A DNA stretch of 64,000 bases from Nymphaea colorata. Lineage: Eukaryota. The stretch spans positions 40,424,001 to 40,488,000 of the forward strand of contig NC_045138.2 of NCBI RefSeq assembly GCF_008831285.2, given 5' to 3'. Below, piece by piece: positions 53,598 through 64,000 of this stretch (the stretch's first letter is position 1; the number at the start of each line of letters is the position of its first letter). The position numbers were made by a program, and so were the translations under genes. The notes beneath the pieces are model-generated. The model ran no database searches, was not told where the DNA came from, and saw only the letters and a list, made by a program, of their open reading frames with translations.

Positions 53598-56500
53598 CTC
53601 CCTCTCAAGTGGGCTGTAAATATTTGTACATCCCCACTTGATGAGATTCTTGTAATGTTGATCTCGATTTAAACCTTTAGTAAGATCATCTGCCAGTTGA
53701 TCCGAGCTTTTTGTATATGGTGTGAACAGTTCTCCTTTCTGCACTTTTTCACGAATATAATAACAATCAATTTCAATGTGTTTGATCCTTTCATGAAAAA
53801 CAGGATTTGTTGCAATAGAAAGCTTGATTGTCACAATACAAGGGAATAAGAATATCAACTTGTAATCCAATTTCTGACACAAGAGTTTTAATCCATGTAA
53901 GTTCACTTGCTGCTGTAGCCATAGCCCGATATTTTGCTTCAGCACTGGATCTGGACACTACACTCTGTTTTTTACTTTTCCAAGATACAATGTTTCCTCC
54001 AACAAACATACAATAACCGGTGGTAGATTTTCTGTTTGAAATACCAGCCCAATCGGCATCAGTATAACCACACACTGGATGATGACCATTCCTTTTGTAC
54101 CATATACCTTGTCCTGGAGCCTTCTTTAAATACTGCAATATACGATTGACGATTTTTCAATGATGTTCAGTAGGATCATGCATGCACTGACTAGCAATAC
54201 TGACTGCATATGTTATATCAGGCCTTGTAATAGTTAAATAAATAAGCTTCCCTACAAGGCGTTGGTAGCCTTCTTTGTTAATGACAGGTTCATCAGGAGT
54301 AATTTCAATCTTTTGACCGACTTCAATAGGTGTCTCTATCGGCTTGCACCCAATCTTTCCTGCTGTTTTGAGCAAATCCATCGTGTATTTCCGTTGAGAT
54401 AGAAAAAGACCTTTGTGCGAGTGAGCTATCTCAATTCCTAAAACATAGCGAAGCATTCCCAAATCTTTTATGTCAAAAGCATCATGGAGAAGCTCTTTAG
54501 TCTGCAAAATTCCTTGATCATTTGTTCCTGTAAGAATTATGTCATCAACATAGACCAAAATAATAATAAGATGATCATCCTTTCTTTTGATAAACAAAGA
54601 ATTGTCAGCATTGCTTCTAGCAAAATTGTATTGTTCTAGGAAGTGGCTCAGATGATAGTGCCATGCTCTTGGAGATTGTTTCATACCATAGATAGCTTTA
54701 CGCAACCTACACACAAGCTTACCATTTGCCTCTTTTGGATGTTCAGGAGGAAGTTTCATATACACTTCTTCATTCAACTCTCATTGCAGGAATGCATTTT
54801 TAACATCTAATTGGTATAAAGGCCAATTGTAATTGCAAGCAATAGAAAGAATTACTCAGACAGTATTCATTTTTGCTACTGGAGCAAATGTTTCCTCATA
54901 ATTTAGGCCTTGTGTTTGTGTGTATCCTTTTGCTACCAGTCTAGCTTTGTATCTTTCAACACTTCCATCACTTTTGTGTTTTATCTTGAACACCCATCGA
55001 CATCCCACAACCATTTTTTCAGGTGGTAAGGTGACAATATCCCATGTCTTATTTTTGTATAATGCATCAAGCTCTTCATTCATGGCCTTTACCCATAACA
55101 AGTCATTTTTTGCTTCTTCATATGTAGATACAAATAAGCTTTATATGTGCTGTTAATTCTCTCATACCCAACATAATGCTCAATCGGATAGTCGGTGGAA
55201 GTGAGCATGACAGATAAATGAGTAGGAGGTCTGGTTTGACGTTTTGATCTTCTCAAAGGGAATTGAATGTCATTTTGATCATCTATAGTTTGACTATCAA
55301 TCTGGTTCTGTGATGTAGCATTTTCTGTGTTGGTCTCTTGAAAAGTTTCTAGTGGGTCTGAATTTCTTCTCATGATTGTAAACACATCATCTGTATTAGT
55401 GGTTGGTAATACAATCTCCCCATGAAAACCATTATTGTTAAACATGTTAGAATTAGATAATAAATTCTTCCCCTGAATATGTTTCTCCTGCACTGGCTGA
55501 GGAAAATAGGCTGTATTTTCATTAAATACCACATCCCTAGGTATTAGAAGATGTTTTTCTTCTACACTATAGCATTTGTACCCCTTTTGCGAGATGGAAT
55601 ACCCTAAGAACATGCATTTAAGAACTCGACTACTAAGTTTGTCTAAATTTTGATTTTGGGTAGCAACAAAAACAACACATCCAAAGGTTCGCATGTGGTT
55701 TAAATTGAGTTTTCGTCCCTTTAGGATTTCAAGAGGAGCACGATCCTGAAGTTGCTTGCTAGGAAGACGATAAATAATATAACATGCATTCAAAAGAGCA
55801 TCACTCCAATAAATTCGAGGAACATTCATTTGGAATAACAACGCTCGCATGACTTCTAGGAGATGTCGATTTTTTCTTTCGGCTACTCCGTTTTGTTGAG
55901 GAGTCCCTACACAGGTAAACTGATGATCAATACCATGTTGTTTTTCAAAACTTTGGAACATGGAATTTTTAAACTCAGTGCCGTTATCAGTTCTTAGAGT
56001 TTTAATTTGCACTCCGTATTGATTTTTAATCATATTAAAAAAGATTTGAAATTTGTCAAAAACTTCACTTTTATTTTTAAGCAGGTGATTTTTGAAAAAT
56101 CATCAATAAAGGTAACATAATATCTAAAGCCAGAATAAGAACTCACAGGGGCTGGTCCCCACACATCGGAATATACCAAATCAAATGGATGTTCAGCAAC
56201 ACTATTAGACTCAGGAAAAGGAGGCCTACTCATCTTAGCATAACGACACACATCACACGAATGAAAATCATAATAACATGTAGGAAATAAAACTTTCAAC
56301 TTGTAATTGGAAGGATGGCCAAGTCTTTTATGCCACAAAAAACTATCAAATTTAGCAATCAAAGCTTTATTTTCATGTTCCAACACATATAGTCCATTGG
56401 TAATTTTTCCCTCCAATCATCTTCTTCGTCAACCTGTCCTGAAAGATCACATCATACGGTGAGAATATAATATCACAGTTCAAATCCTTGGTGAGTTTAG

Positions 56501-57941
56501 AAATAGACAATAAATTTGTAGACAGCTTAGGAACAATTAAGGTATTAATTTTTTTGTCACTATCAAAGAGATTGACACTACTAATACCTTCAACTCTCAC
56601 CTTGGATCCATCTACAATAACAACAAAATTATTCTCATGTACATCCTTAATATTAGAGTGATTTACAGTAGATGAACACATAAGCTCGCTTGCTCCAGAA
56701 TATATAATCCAGTCAGAGTAAGTAGAGAGAGTACCTGGAAGATCTTGACTAGATGTCGAGGCGACTATGGCAATCTTCTCCTTTTGTTTGCATACATTCT
56801 GAAGAAGCTCGGTGATAGTCTTCAATTGAGCAGCTACATCAGTGGTTTCTGTGGCAGCTACATCAGTAAGTAGAGAGAGTACCTGAAAGATCTTGACTAG
56901 ATGTCGAGGCGACTATGGCAATCTTCTCCTTTTGTTTGCATACATTCTGAAGAAGCTCGGTGATAGTCTTCAATTGAGCAGCTACATCAATGGTTTCTGT
57001 GGCAGCAACTTGAGCAGAAGCAGTTAGGTCATTTGGACGCCGACCCTGAGATGCTCCTAGTTTCCCATGCAGTGTCCAACACCTATCACGAGTGTGCCCA
57101 TTCTTCTTACAATAAGTGCAAGTAAACTTGCTGTTTTGATTTCTCGATTTATAGCCATAAGACCCTTGACTATCCCTTTTGTTCATTGTAGCAGCATACG
57201 CAGTAGTATTGGCATGAAACGCTACTTTGTCAGAACCCTCACTTGCTGAATTTTCTGGTTGAGTATCTGGGTTCATAACTTGACGACGTGTTTCTTCTCT
57301 CATAAGGGTGGACAGAATATTATTGACAGAAGGTAATTGGGCTGAGAGCAAAATTTGACTTCGAATATGTTCAAAATCATTTCCAAGACCTGCTAGGAAT
57401 TGAAAAGTCTTTTAGTGTTGCCTGAGTTTTTTCGATGGAGCATTATCACTATATGATGCAGTGTATATGTCATATTCATCCCATAAACACTTCATTTTGC
57501 CTAATCAGCAATACACATATTCCACTTTCTTAAACTATGAATTTGATATGATAGCTGATACATGCGGGCGACATTGTTTTGCTCACTATGCATTTCCTTT
57601 GCATTAATCCATACATCATGAGCACTAGTCAGAAACATAAAGTTTCAAGCAATTTTTGGCTCCATGGAATTGAGAAGCCATGACATAACCGTGTCATTGA
57701 TGGATTTTCATACCTTAAAACGTGCATCAGTTTCATGTGGTTGAATAATTTCTCCATCAATATAACCCAACTTTGATCTACCACTCATATATAATGTAAC
57801 AGATCTAGACCACGATAAATAATTTCTTCCATCTAGTAGAGTAGAAGTGATTTTGGTATTTGGTACCTGATCTTGAACAACTATTCTCTCCATTGTAGAG
57901 TCTGACCACTGGTTTGGTGTAGACAAGCTATTTCCTGCCAT
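53592..57941 (-). pseudogene. Fragmented copia gag-pol polyprotein
   Basis: Gag N-terminus (LDGRNYLSWS), zinc knuckle CTYCKKNGHTRDRC, protease WIIYSGAS (catalytic Asp replaced), LWHKRLGHP, integrase (SDVWGP, RTDNGTEF, QNGVAERKNRHL), RT ([13 protein letters not shown]), RNase H (DADWAG, KHIEID). Broken by several stops and frameshifts. Confidence 0.95.
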
Positions 57942-58550
57942 GAATCTGCTGTGAAACAGGAGGCCGCAAATGAAGAATAGAGAATCACGCAGTTGAGGTT
58001 CTCTCTAGCAAGAATTTGCAGTCAAACCCTCGGCACTTGTAAATTCAGCAGCTGCTTATAGAGTTATCCAAAAATTCTGAAATTTATATCAAAAATACTA
58101 GACATGTGCCGAAATCCAATGCCACTAGGCACAGCTTCTTATTCGACTCCAATAAAAAACGCGCCCCAGAGAAAGTCACGCCTGGACCTGAAGTTGCAGG
58201 AAGCACTCCAGTGACAGGCGGTCAATCAAAAATTCATACCTCCTTCACCGCTGCTCCAAAAAATCTGAAATTTTGTGTGGAGATTCCTCAGATACAGGCG
58301 CTTCCCACGAGCCTATGCTCGACCCAAACCGCCGCCGGAGCAGGCAGCGCGGGTCACCGGAATCTGGTGCAGTTTCAGATTTCACAGGTACTGTAAAATG
58401 AAAAAAACTGAAATTTTGCAGGAAGAATCCTCATATGCAGACGATTCCAATGAGTCTATGCTTGACCAAAACCGCGACCGGAGTTGACAGTGCCGATCGT
58501 CGGAATCTGGCGCAGTTTCAGAATTTAGAGGTACACCTGCTCTGATACCA

Positions 58551-58901
58551 TGTAGAAAGAAAGAGGAGCAAGAAACAAGCAAGATTTAACGTGGTTCGGT
58601 CTGCTCAGACCTACATCCACGACAAAGGCTCCACAGTTCGCTTTGTATTTTTCATTATTTTTGGGCCCAAGGCAATACACGTGATATATAAGAGCTTCCA
58701 CCAAAATGCCTAACGAATGTGGAAGGCTTTCTCACAAGGCAATACAATAAAAGAAACTATGATAGTTTCTAAAACATGCACAAGGAGAGAACGGCAATAT
58801 GCCCAACGGGTGGCAACAATAAAGTAAATTGGATTCTTCAAGGAGTGAACGGCAATATGCCCAACGGGTGGCAACAATAAAGTAAATTGGATTCTTCAAC
58901 A
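58551..58901 (-). repeat. 5' LTR (351 bp) with a 58-bp tandem duplication
   Basis: aggag.gaacggcaatatgcccaacgggtggcaacaataaagtaaattggattcttca is present twice. Confidence 0.92.
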
Positions 58902-60305
58902 GTGAAACATGAGTGTGGATCAATTCACCAAGCACCAGCCTTGGGCTAATGTCAAAGATAGTGATGCATTAGCTAATGTGCTATGCAAGCTCCAACCTGT
59001 GCACCACCGACATCGTCCTTGGTTGATTCATGGAGACTATCTTTGACTTTCGAGCAAGTTAAAAACAAGAGGGAAGTGGGGATGAGGACTTCGGCTCTTA
59101 TCTGAATGATAGAATGAAATACTTTGTTGCTCACCCAAAGAACAGCACCATAAAACCAGTGTGCACTCACACGAAAATGATGGCAAGACACTAATTTTGG
59201 TTTTATTAGTTTCTTTGTTCCTCTGCATCTATCTGTTTTTAAGTCAGAAAACTAAAATAGACGTTATGTGAATCAATCCGGCCTCTTCATCACGTTAAAC
59301 AATGCTCGTTGCACGGCACGAGAAAATAGAGTGCAAGTAAACGTTGTATGTGATTGCACGCTTACAAATGATAAAAGATCCATGTTTGTGAACTTGTTTG
59401 TGTGAGCTTAAAGGACTTTTCATATTATCCTCCTTCCTTTGGAAGCCATGTTTTCATGTTTTACCAGAGGAGCATTTTAGTATTTTTAAAGTATACAAAT
59501 TTTCAAGATCCACTTTTGGTCTCATAGACAAAGGACGTACCTAATATGGTTGTTAGCTGAAGTCAGGACTCCATAAGAAAACTTAAATAAGTATGAGACA
59601 TTTAAAATCTTGTTAAAAATCGCCTGCAAACCGAAAACTTTACTTTTCATTCAAGTGATTTAAAAAAAATGCCTAAAAATTTTGCAATAATAAAAAACAT
59701 TCTTGACTTTCCATGGTTGTTAAAAATACACATAAATTTTGCACTGTTTATGAAAAACGACCTTTTGTATACTAAACCTCCAAGTCTTCTCGAGATAAAA
59801 TGACAGAAACACCTTAAACACAAATAAATGTTTTATAGTAATAATTTACATTTAGTTCTTTTAACTACCAACAATCCTATTCATTGATCAAGTTTAGTAA
59901 AATTTCAAATTAATTATTTTTGTTGATATCAAAAGTAATTAGGTTACGATTTTTCAGTTAATTCCAGAAAATTATAGTGCAAGAAAATTAAATATGTCCA
60001 TGAAGTTAGCTATACATACTTGCATGTTGTCGTTTAGAGGGAAAATGACAATTTTAACAGCTTAATAGTTAATTCCACAAAAATAAACGTGAGGATATTT
60101 TGAACTAACCAAGAAAGCGTCGATGTCAAGATTTATAAATTAAAAACAGATATATTAAATGAGAGAAAATCTAGGTAAGCACATCCTTGGGTGCTCGACA
60201 AAATGACTAAATGAGCATCATCACATGTCCAGATGAGTATATATAGACCATACCCATGCATTGGGTAGAGCAGAACAGCTTTGCTATATAGAAAGAGAGA
60301 GAGAT

Positions 60306-61374
60306 ATGGCAGTGACTTTTGTCACAGTACTGAGCATCTTTGTGGTTGCCTTGTTGGCGGTACCAGGCGGGCTGAACTCCGGCCAGGTGATGGCATGGGA
60401 CTGCGAAAAGGAGAAAGATGAGTTGAAAGCCGTCTGCGGCAAGTACGTCCTGAATCACAACCCACTTCCTGGGCCGCCGTGTCCAAGTTGCTGCAACAAG
60501 GTCATGGCTTCTGATATTCCTTGTGTCTGCCGAGCTCTCACTGCTGCGGACTTGAAGATATACAATATAACATTGGCTCTATGCGTCGACCGCAAGTGTG
60601 GCTATCCCCTTCCCGCCGGCTTCAAATGCGCTGGTAATTACTCCTAGGCTTTACGTTTATACTCGCATTACCTCAATGCTCAGGGTGCTCTGGTCATTTG
60701 ATACCCCAGGGTCAACTTCAATGCTAAGTGCCCGACCATTCGATCACTTCTCAATTTTGCCAATACGGGCCGGTAGCAGGGATGGAGGGAGGTGGAGTTT
60801 ACGTGGAGCATATGCTTCATTTAGTTTAGTATTGAAACTTATGTGAATTTAGGTCCTGAAGTAGCCCCATGAAATTAAGGGCAACTGGCCTATGGTTAAT
60901 TGAAAATGTGTTAACTATATATTTAGTGCTTCATGAAAAAACATTTTTCACTCCATCTCTGATCAATAAGTTAATTAATTCCCTAGTTCGCCTTTCATTT
61001 TTATGAAGAAATCTCACTGTCCGACTGAGAGTCAAAGCCCTCCTCTTTACCTTGAACCCTGGGGGCCTTAGGACTGTATCCATGTTTGAGTTGGAACTTA
61101 TCCTGAATGTCAATCAGTGCATGGCTCATCCCTTGCCTCAGCACAAGGGGTGTGAGCACTTATATCACTTGAACCAAAAACCGGTTGCCTAAGGTTCCCC
61201 TTTGATTAGTCATAAGATTCATAACTAGTTATTTATGAACATGTCAACTCTTCTAAATATTTGTACCAGCATTATTTTATTTTTTATTTTGAGAGGTATA
61301 TTTCATGACTAATTACAAGTGTTCATTTTTCTTACGTTGTGGATTCAGGTTACACCCTGCCCGAAATTTGTTGA
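60306..61374 (+). CDS. nsLTP-like protein, copy 6 (lineage B, 11 Cys); exons 60306-60633 and 61349-61374
   Basis: Near-identical to copy 2. 715-bp GT-AG intron. Ends AGYTLPEIC*. Confidence 0.85.
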
Positions 61375-62569
61375 TGGCGAAGGAGCTTCGTTTATGAATG
61401 ATGTGGGTGCCTGCTCTTGCGTTGAATGAAGCATGTGCAGTACTCGTGTGCCTTTTGTTCCGTGATCTATCAATTGTTCTACTTCTGTCTATTATCTTAT
61501 GAATAAGGCAATGAGCATGGCTGTTTGTGTGCATAATGGATGCTATTGGTTTTGGACAAGGATCCTATTACGATCTATGGTTATGCCCGCAACTCATTGC
61601 TGACTATATACTGCACAGGGAGTTGGCACTAATGAGAATCGAACCATTGAGTAAAGCAATAGGCCGTAATGCCAAATTCCATGACAGATTTTTTGAAATC
61701 AAACTTGAAATTTTTTACTTTTTTTCCAACAAACTAAAGGTTACTTTTTCTAATAAGGGAAAATTAATTTCTAATTGCCTTTTTTTCACATTTGCGAGAA
61801 AAAGCCTACATATATGTCGAATTTCTATTATTTGAATTATTATTTGAATAGCGACGCTCCTAAAATGGACTGCATTTGATGGGTCACAAACTGATTCGGC
61901 TGAATCGATTTTATTCAATTTTGGTTTTAATTTGCAACACTCTTCCCGACATGATCATACCTACGACACCACCACCCCCCCATAAGGAACAAAGTTAATT
62001 TGCCAGGAATTTATTTGTTTGATGGATTGGGAATTGGCTTGTTGCCGTAGTTGCTAGGTAAAGAGCTGATTAACCAATTTGTCACCAACAAGATCAGGCG
62101 CCTTAATTTTAATTTATTATAGACGTAACCTATCGTTTAATAATCTTTTTGCTTAAATGAAAACAAAATTGAAAGGCGTTATTTGGTTAAGTTTCATATG
62201 ATCAAATATGTTGGGATCCTTTGATCGACACATAACAAGGATGATGAGGTCGATAGGCTTTAGCGTAAGATTCAATTTCCTTCTTATAACATTTAATATT
62301 CGGATGTGTGTGCTTTAAGAGGAGTGAATGATAACACTCCAAAAGTTTAATGTCTTAAAGATTATGCATGAGGGACGTCTTCAAGGACCTATAAAGAAGG
62401 TTGTTAACATAGTCGGCTGTCCTTATTCCTCCCACTTTTCAGGCTAGAACAGAAACTACAAAGGAACAGGATGGGATTTGTCGAACAAGGGCCTAAGTCA
62501 GGTGTGGAGTGGGCTGTTACATAAATTCTATTTGTAGAGACTAGAATCAAGCAAGAACGAAGAGATCAC

Positions 62570-63060
62570 AATGATAGTATCTCAATACTTAACATGGGAA
62601 TACTAGGCAACATGAGTGGTGGCATGCTTATGGCATTATCAGCCAAAAACGTACTGCAGAATCTGCAACCATATGGTCCTTTTGTGGATCATAAATTCTA
62701 TTTGTAAAGTCTAGAAGCAAGAAGGAACTAACAGACCTCAATGATAGTATCTCAATATTTGACAGCAAGAAACTATGCAAAATGGAGTTGTGTCATGCTT
62801 ATGCCATTATCAGCAAAAAAACAAGGTTGCTTCATTGATGATAGCTTGAAAGAACCTGATGTAAGAATTTGCATACTCGAGAACGTGCAACCATATGGTC
62901 CTTTCGTGGATCATAAATTCTCCTTCTCAAGACTAGTTGATAGTGTCATCTGGCTAGATTCTTCTTACATTTGAAGCTTTTGAGAGAGTTTTTCCACAAC
63001 AACAACGAACAGAATTAACAAATTTTGGGGCCTCAGAAATAGAATCACGCATGACGAATC
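62570..63060 (+). mobile_element. Copia gag N-terminal fragment, one of many dispersed copies in the nsLTP array
   Basis: IVSQYLTARNYAKWSCVMLMPLSAKK..FIDDSLKEPD resembles the gag start of the intact element (LLDGRNYLSWSRSVTLYMSGRSKLGYIDG). Related copies at ~26370, 30350, 32740, 36075, 37545, 44095, 47625 and 52245. Confidence 0.7.
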
Positions 63061-63069
63061 CATGCCCAC

Positions 63070-63600
63070 CGCGCAAGGGCTAGTGGAATCCATCTGGAAA
63101 GACCTCAGAAGTCTATGGGAAAGAATCCAGGTTCACTCATCGTGCTATCAAGAAGTAGTTGCTTGGTCTTCTACCAATATTACTCTCAGCCCCATCAGCC
63201 AAACCAAGATCCACTTGGTGGTCCACAAGAGGAGAAACTACTTTAAAGTGGCCTTTGCCATCTACCATAGCGATGGGTACTATCATGTAATGGGGGGGGT
63301 GGGGGGGGTGGTGGGGGTGGGGGTAGAGTGCCACCCTCACCCGATGTATGAGAACATTTGGCGCATCATCGACACCGCTATCTCGATCGTGGCTGACAGA
63401 TTGATGAAAATAGGCCCCTTCATTGGGCCGAGAGAGTGGAGCTTACATGCGAAGAGGAACTGGAATCAGCCAACCAGTCTCACTCACACTTCCTCCATAT
63501 TGTTCCATTGTAGGAATCAATTTTTCCTGTCAAACTCAAACCCTGTTTTAGAGATCATCTTGCTCTTGTTTAAACCTGTCAACCAGGTACAAGGTTGAAA
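63070..63600 (-). mobile_element. Possible highly decayed LINE endonuclease-region fragment
   Basis: Minus strand has weak resemblance to the FTW...LDR...SDH.PI order across frameshifts; breaks homology with the array unit. Weak. Confidence 0.25.
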
Positions 63601-64000
63601 TGTGTCACTCTAGCTAATTAGAGCTTACCCCTTTGTTTTGTACGTTGTATATAACCATTCCTCTTGATTCAGTATATTGGAGTCTACCCCGACAGGTTTG
63701 CAGCGGAAAATCATTCACAAATAGAAAAAAACCTTAACACAAAGATGGAAGGACCTACTTTTTGTTGTTTAGATGCAAAAAATCGATGAAAAATTTTTGC
63801 AATCACTTAATGTGCGGCATCTGCCGGTGGAAAGAGGTAGGAGAAATGAAGATGGAAGAAGAAGAAAGGGGAAGAAGTGTTCGGGTGGACATAAAAAATC
63901 AGGGAAGCCTTTGCCGATGGAGACGAAACGTCGTTAAAATTGTTACTTAAAAATATCGGTAAAGGTATTGCGAAAACTTTTACCGACGCATGGAGAAAAT

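Larger units (their letters stand above)
53305..58901 (-). mobile_element. Full-length, inactivated Ty1/copia LTR retrotransposon
   Basis: LTRs TG...CA at 53305-53597 and 58551-58901. TSD GTGAA at 53300-53304 and 58902-58906. PBS TGGTATCAGAGC at 58539-58550. PPT ttgagagggag next to 53598. Domain order gag-protease-integrase-RT-RNase H is the copia order. Confidence 0.97.

Noticed and set aside
60261..60305. N-terminal extension of copy 6 in the ORF track
   Set aside because: It starts at a TTG in the 5'UTR; paralogues show the true ATG is at 60306.
63062..63598. 178-aa plus-strand ORF as a host gene
   Set aside because: No recognisable domain; it begins inside a gag-derived repeat and crosses a G-run.

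Overview
Plant (angiosperm-type) nuclear DNA, AT-rich and repeat-rich, with two gene neighbourhoods. (1) 1-22 kb, minus strand: one intact GH17 beta-1,3-glucanase (probable 7-nt first exon at 21362-21368, exon 2 at 18909-19867, no signal peptide) and two degenerate paralogues in a duplicated segment. One paralogue (12.6-13.4 kb) is a single fragment. The other (0.96-8.3 kb) has been internally amplified into a tandem array of about 12 units: ~450-470 bp monomers plus ~0.9-1.0 kb higher-order units. The units I read carry Ser at the catalytic nucleophile position. (2) 26-63 kb, plus strand: a tandem array of six secreted 8-cysteine nsLTP/prolamin-superfamily genes with type VI / type D (END1-like) spacing. 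Five are intact and one is a pseudogene. They fall into an 8-9 Cys lineage and an 11 Cys lineage, and are interleaved with three promoter-only ghost units and many copies of a copia gag fragment. Mobile elements include a full-length decayed Ty1/copia element (53305-58901, GTGAA target-site duplication), hAT-type MITEs with 8-bp TSDs, a BED-finger hAT relic and several fold-back hairpins. All calls come from reading the sequence by eye; no database searches were run.
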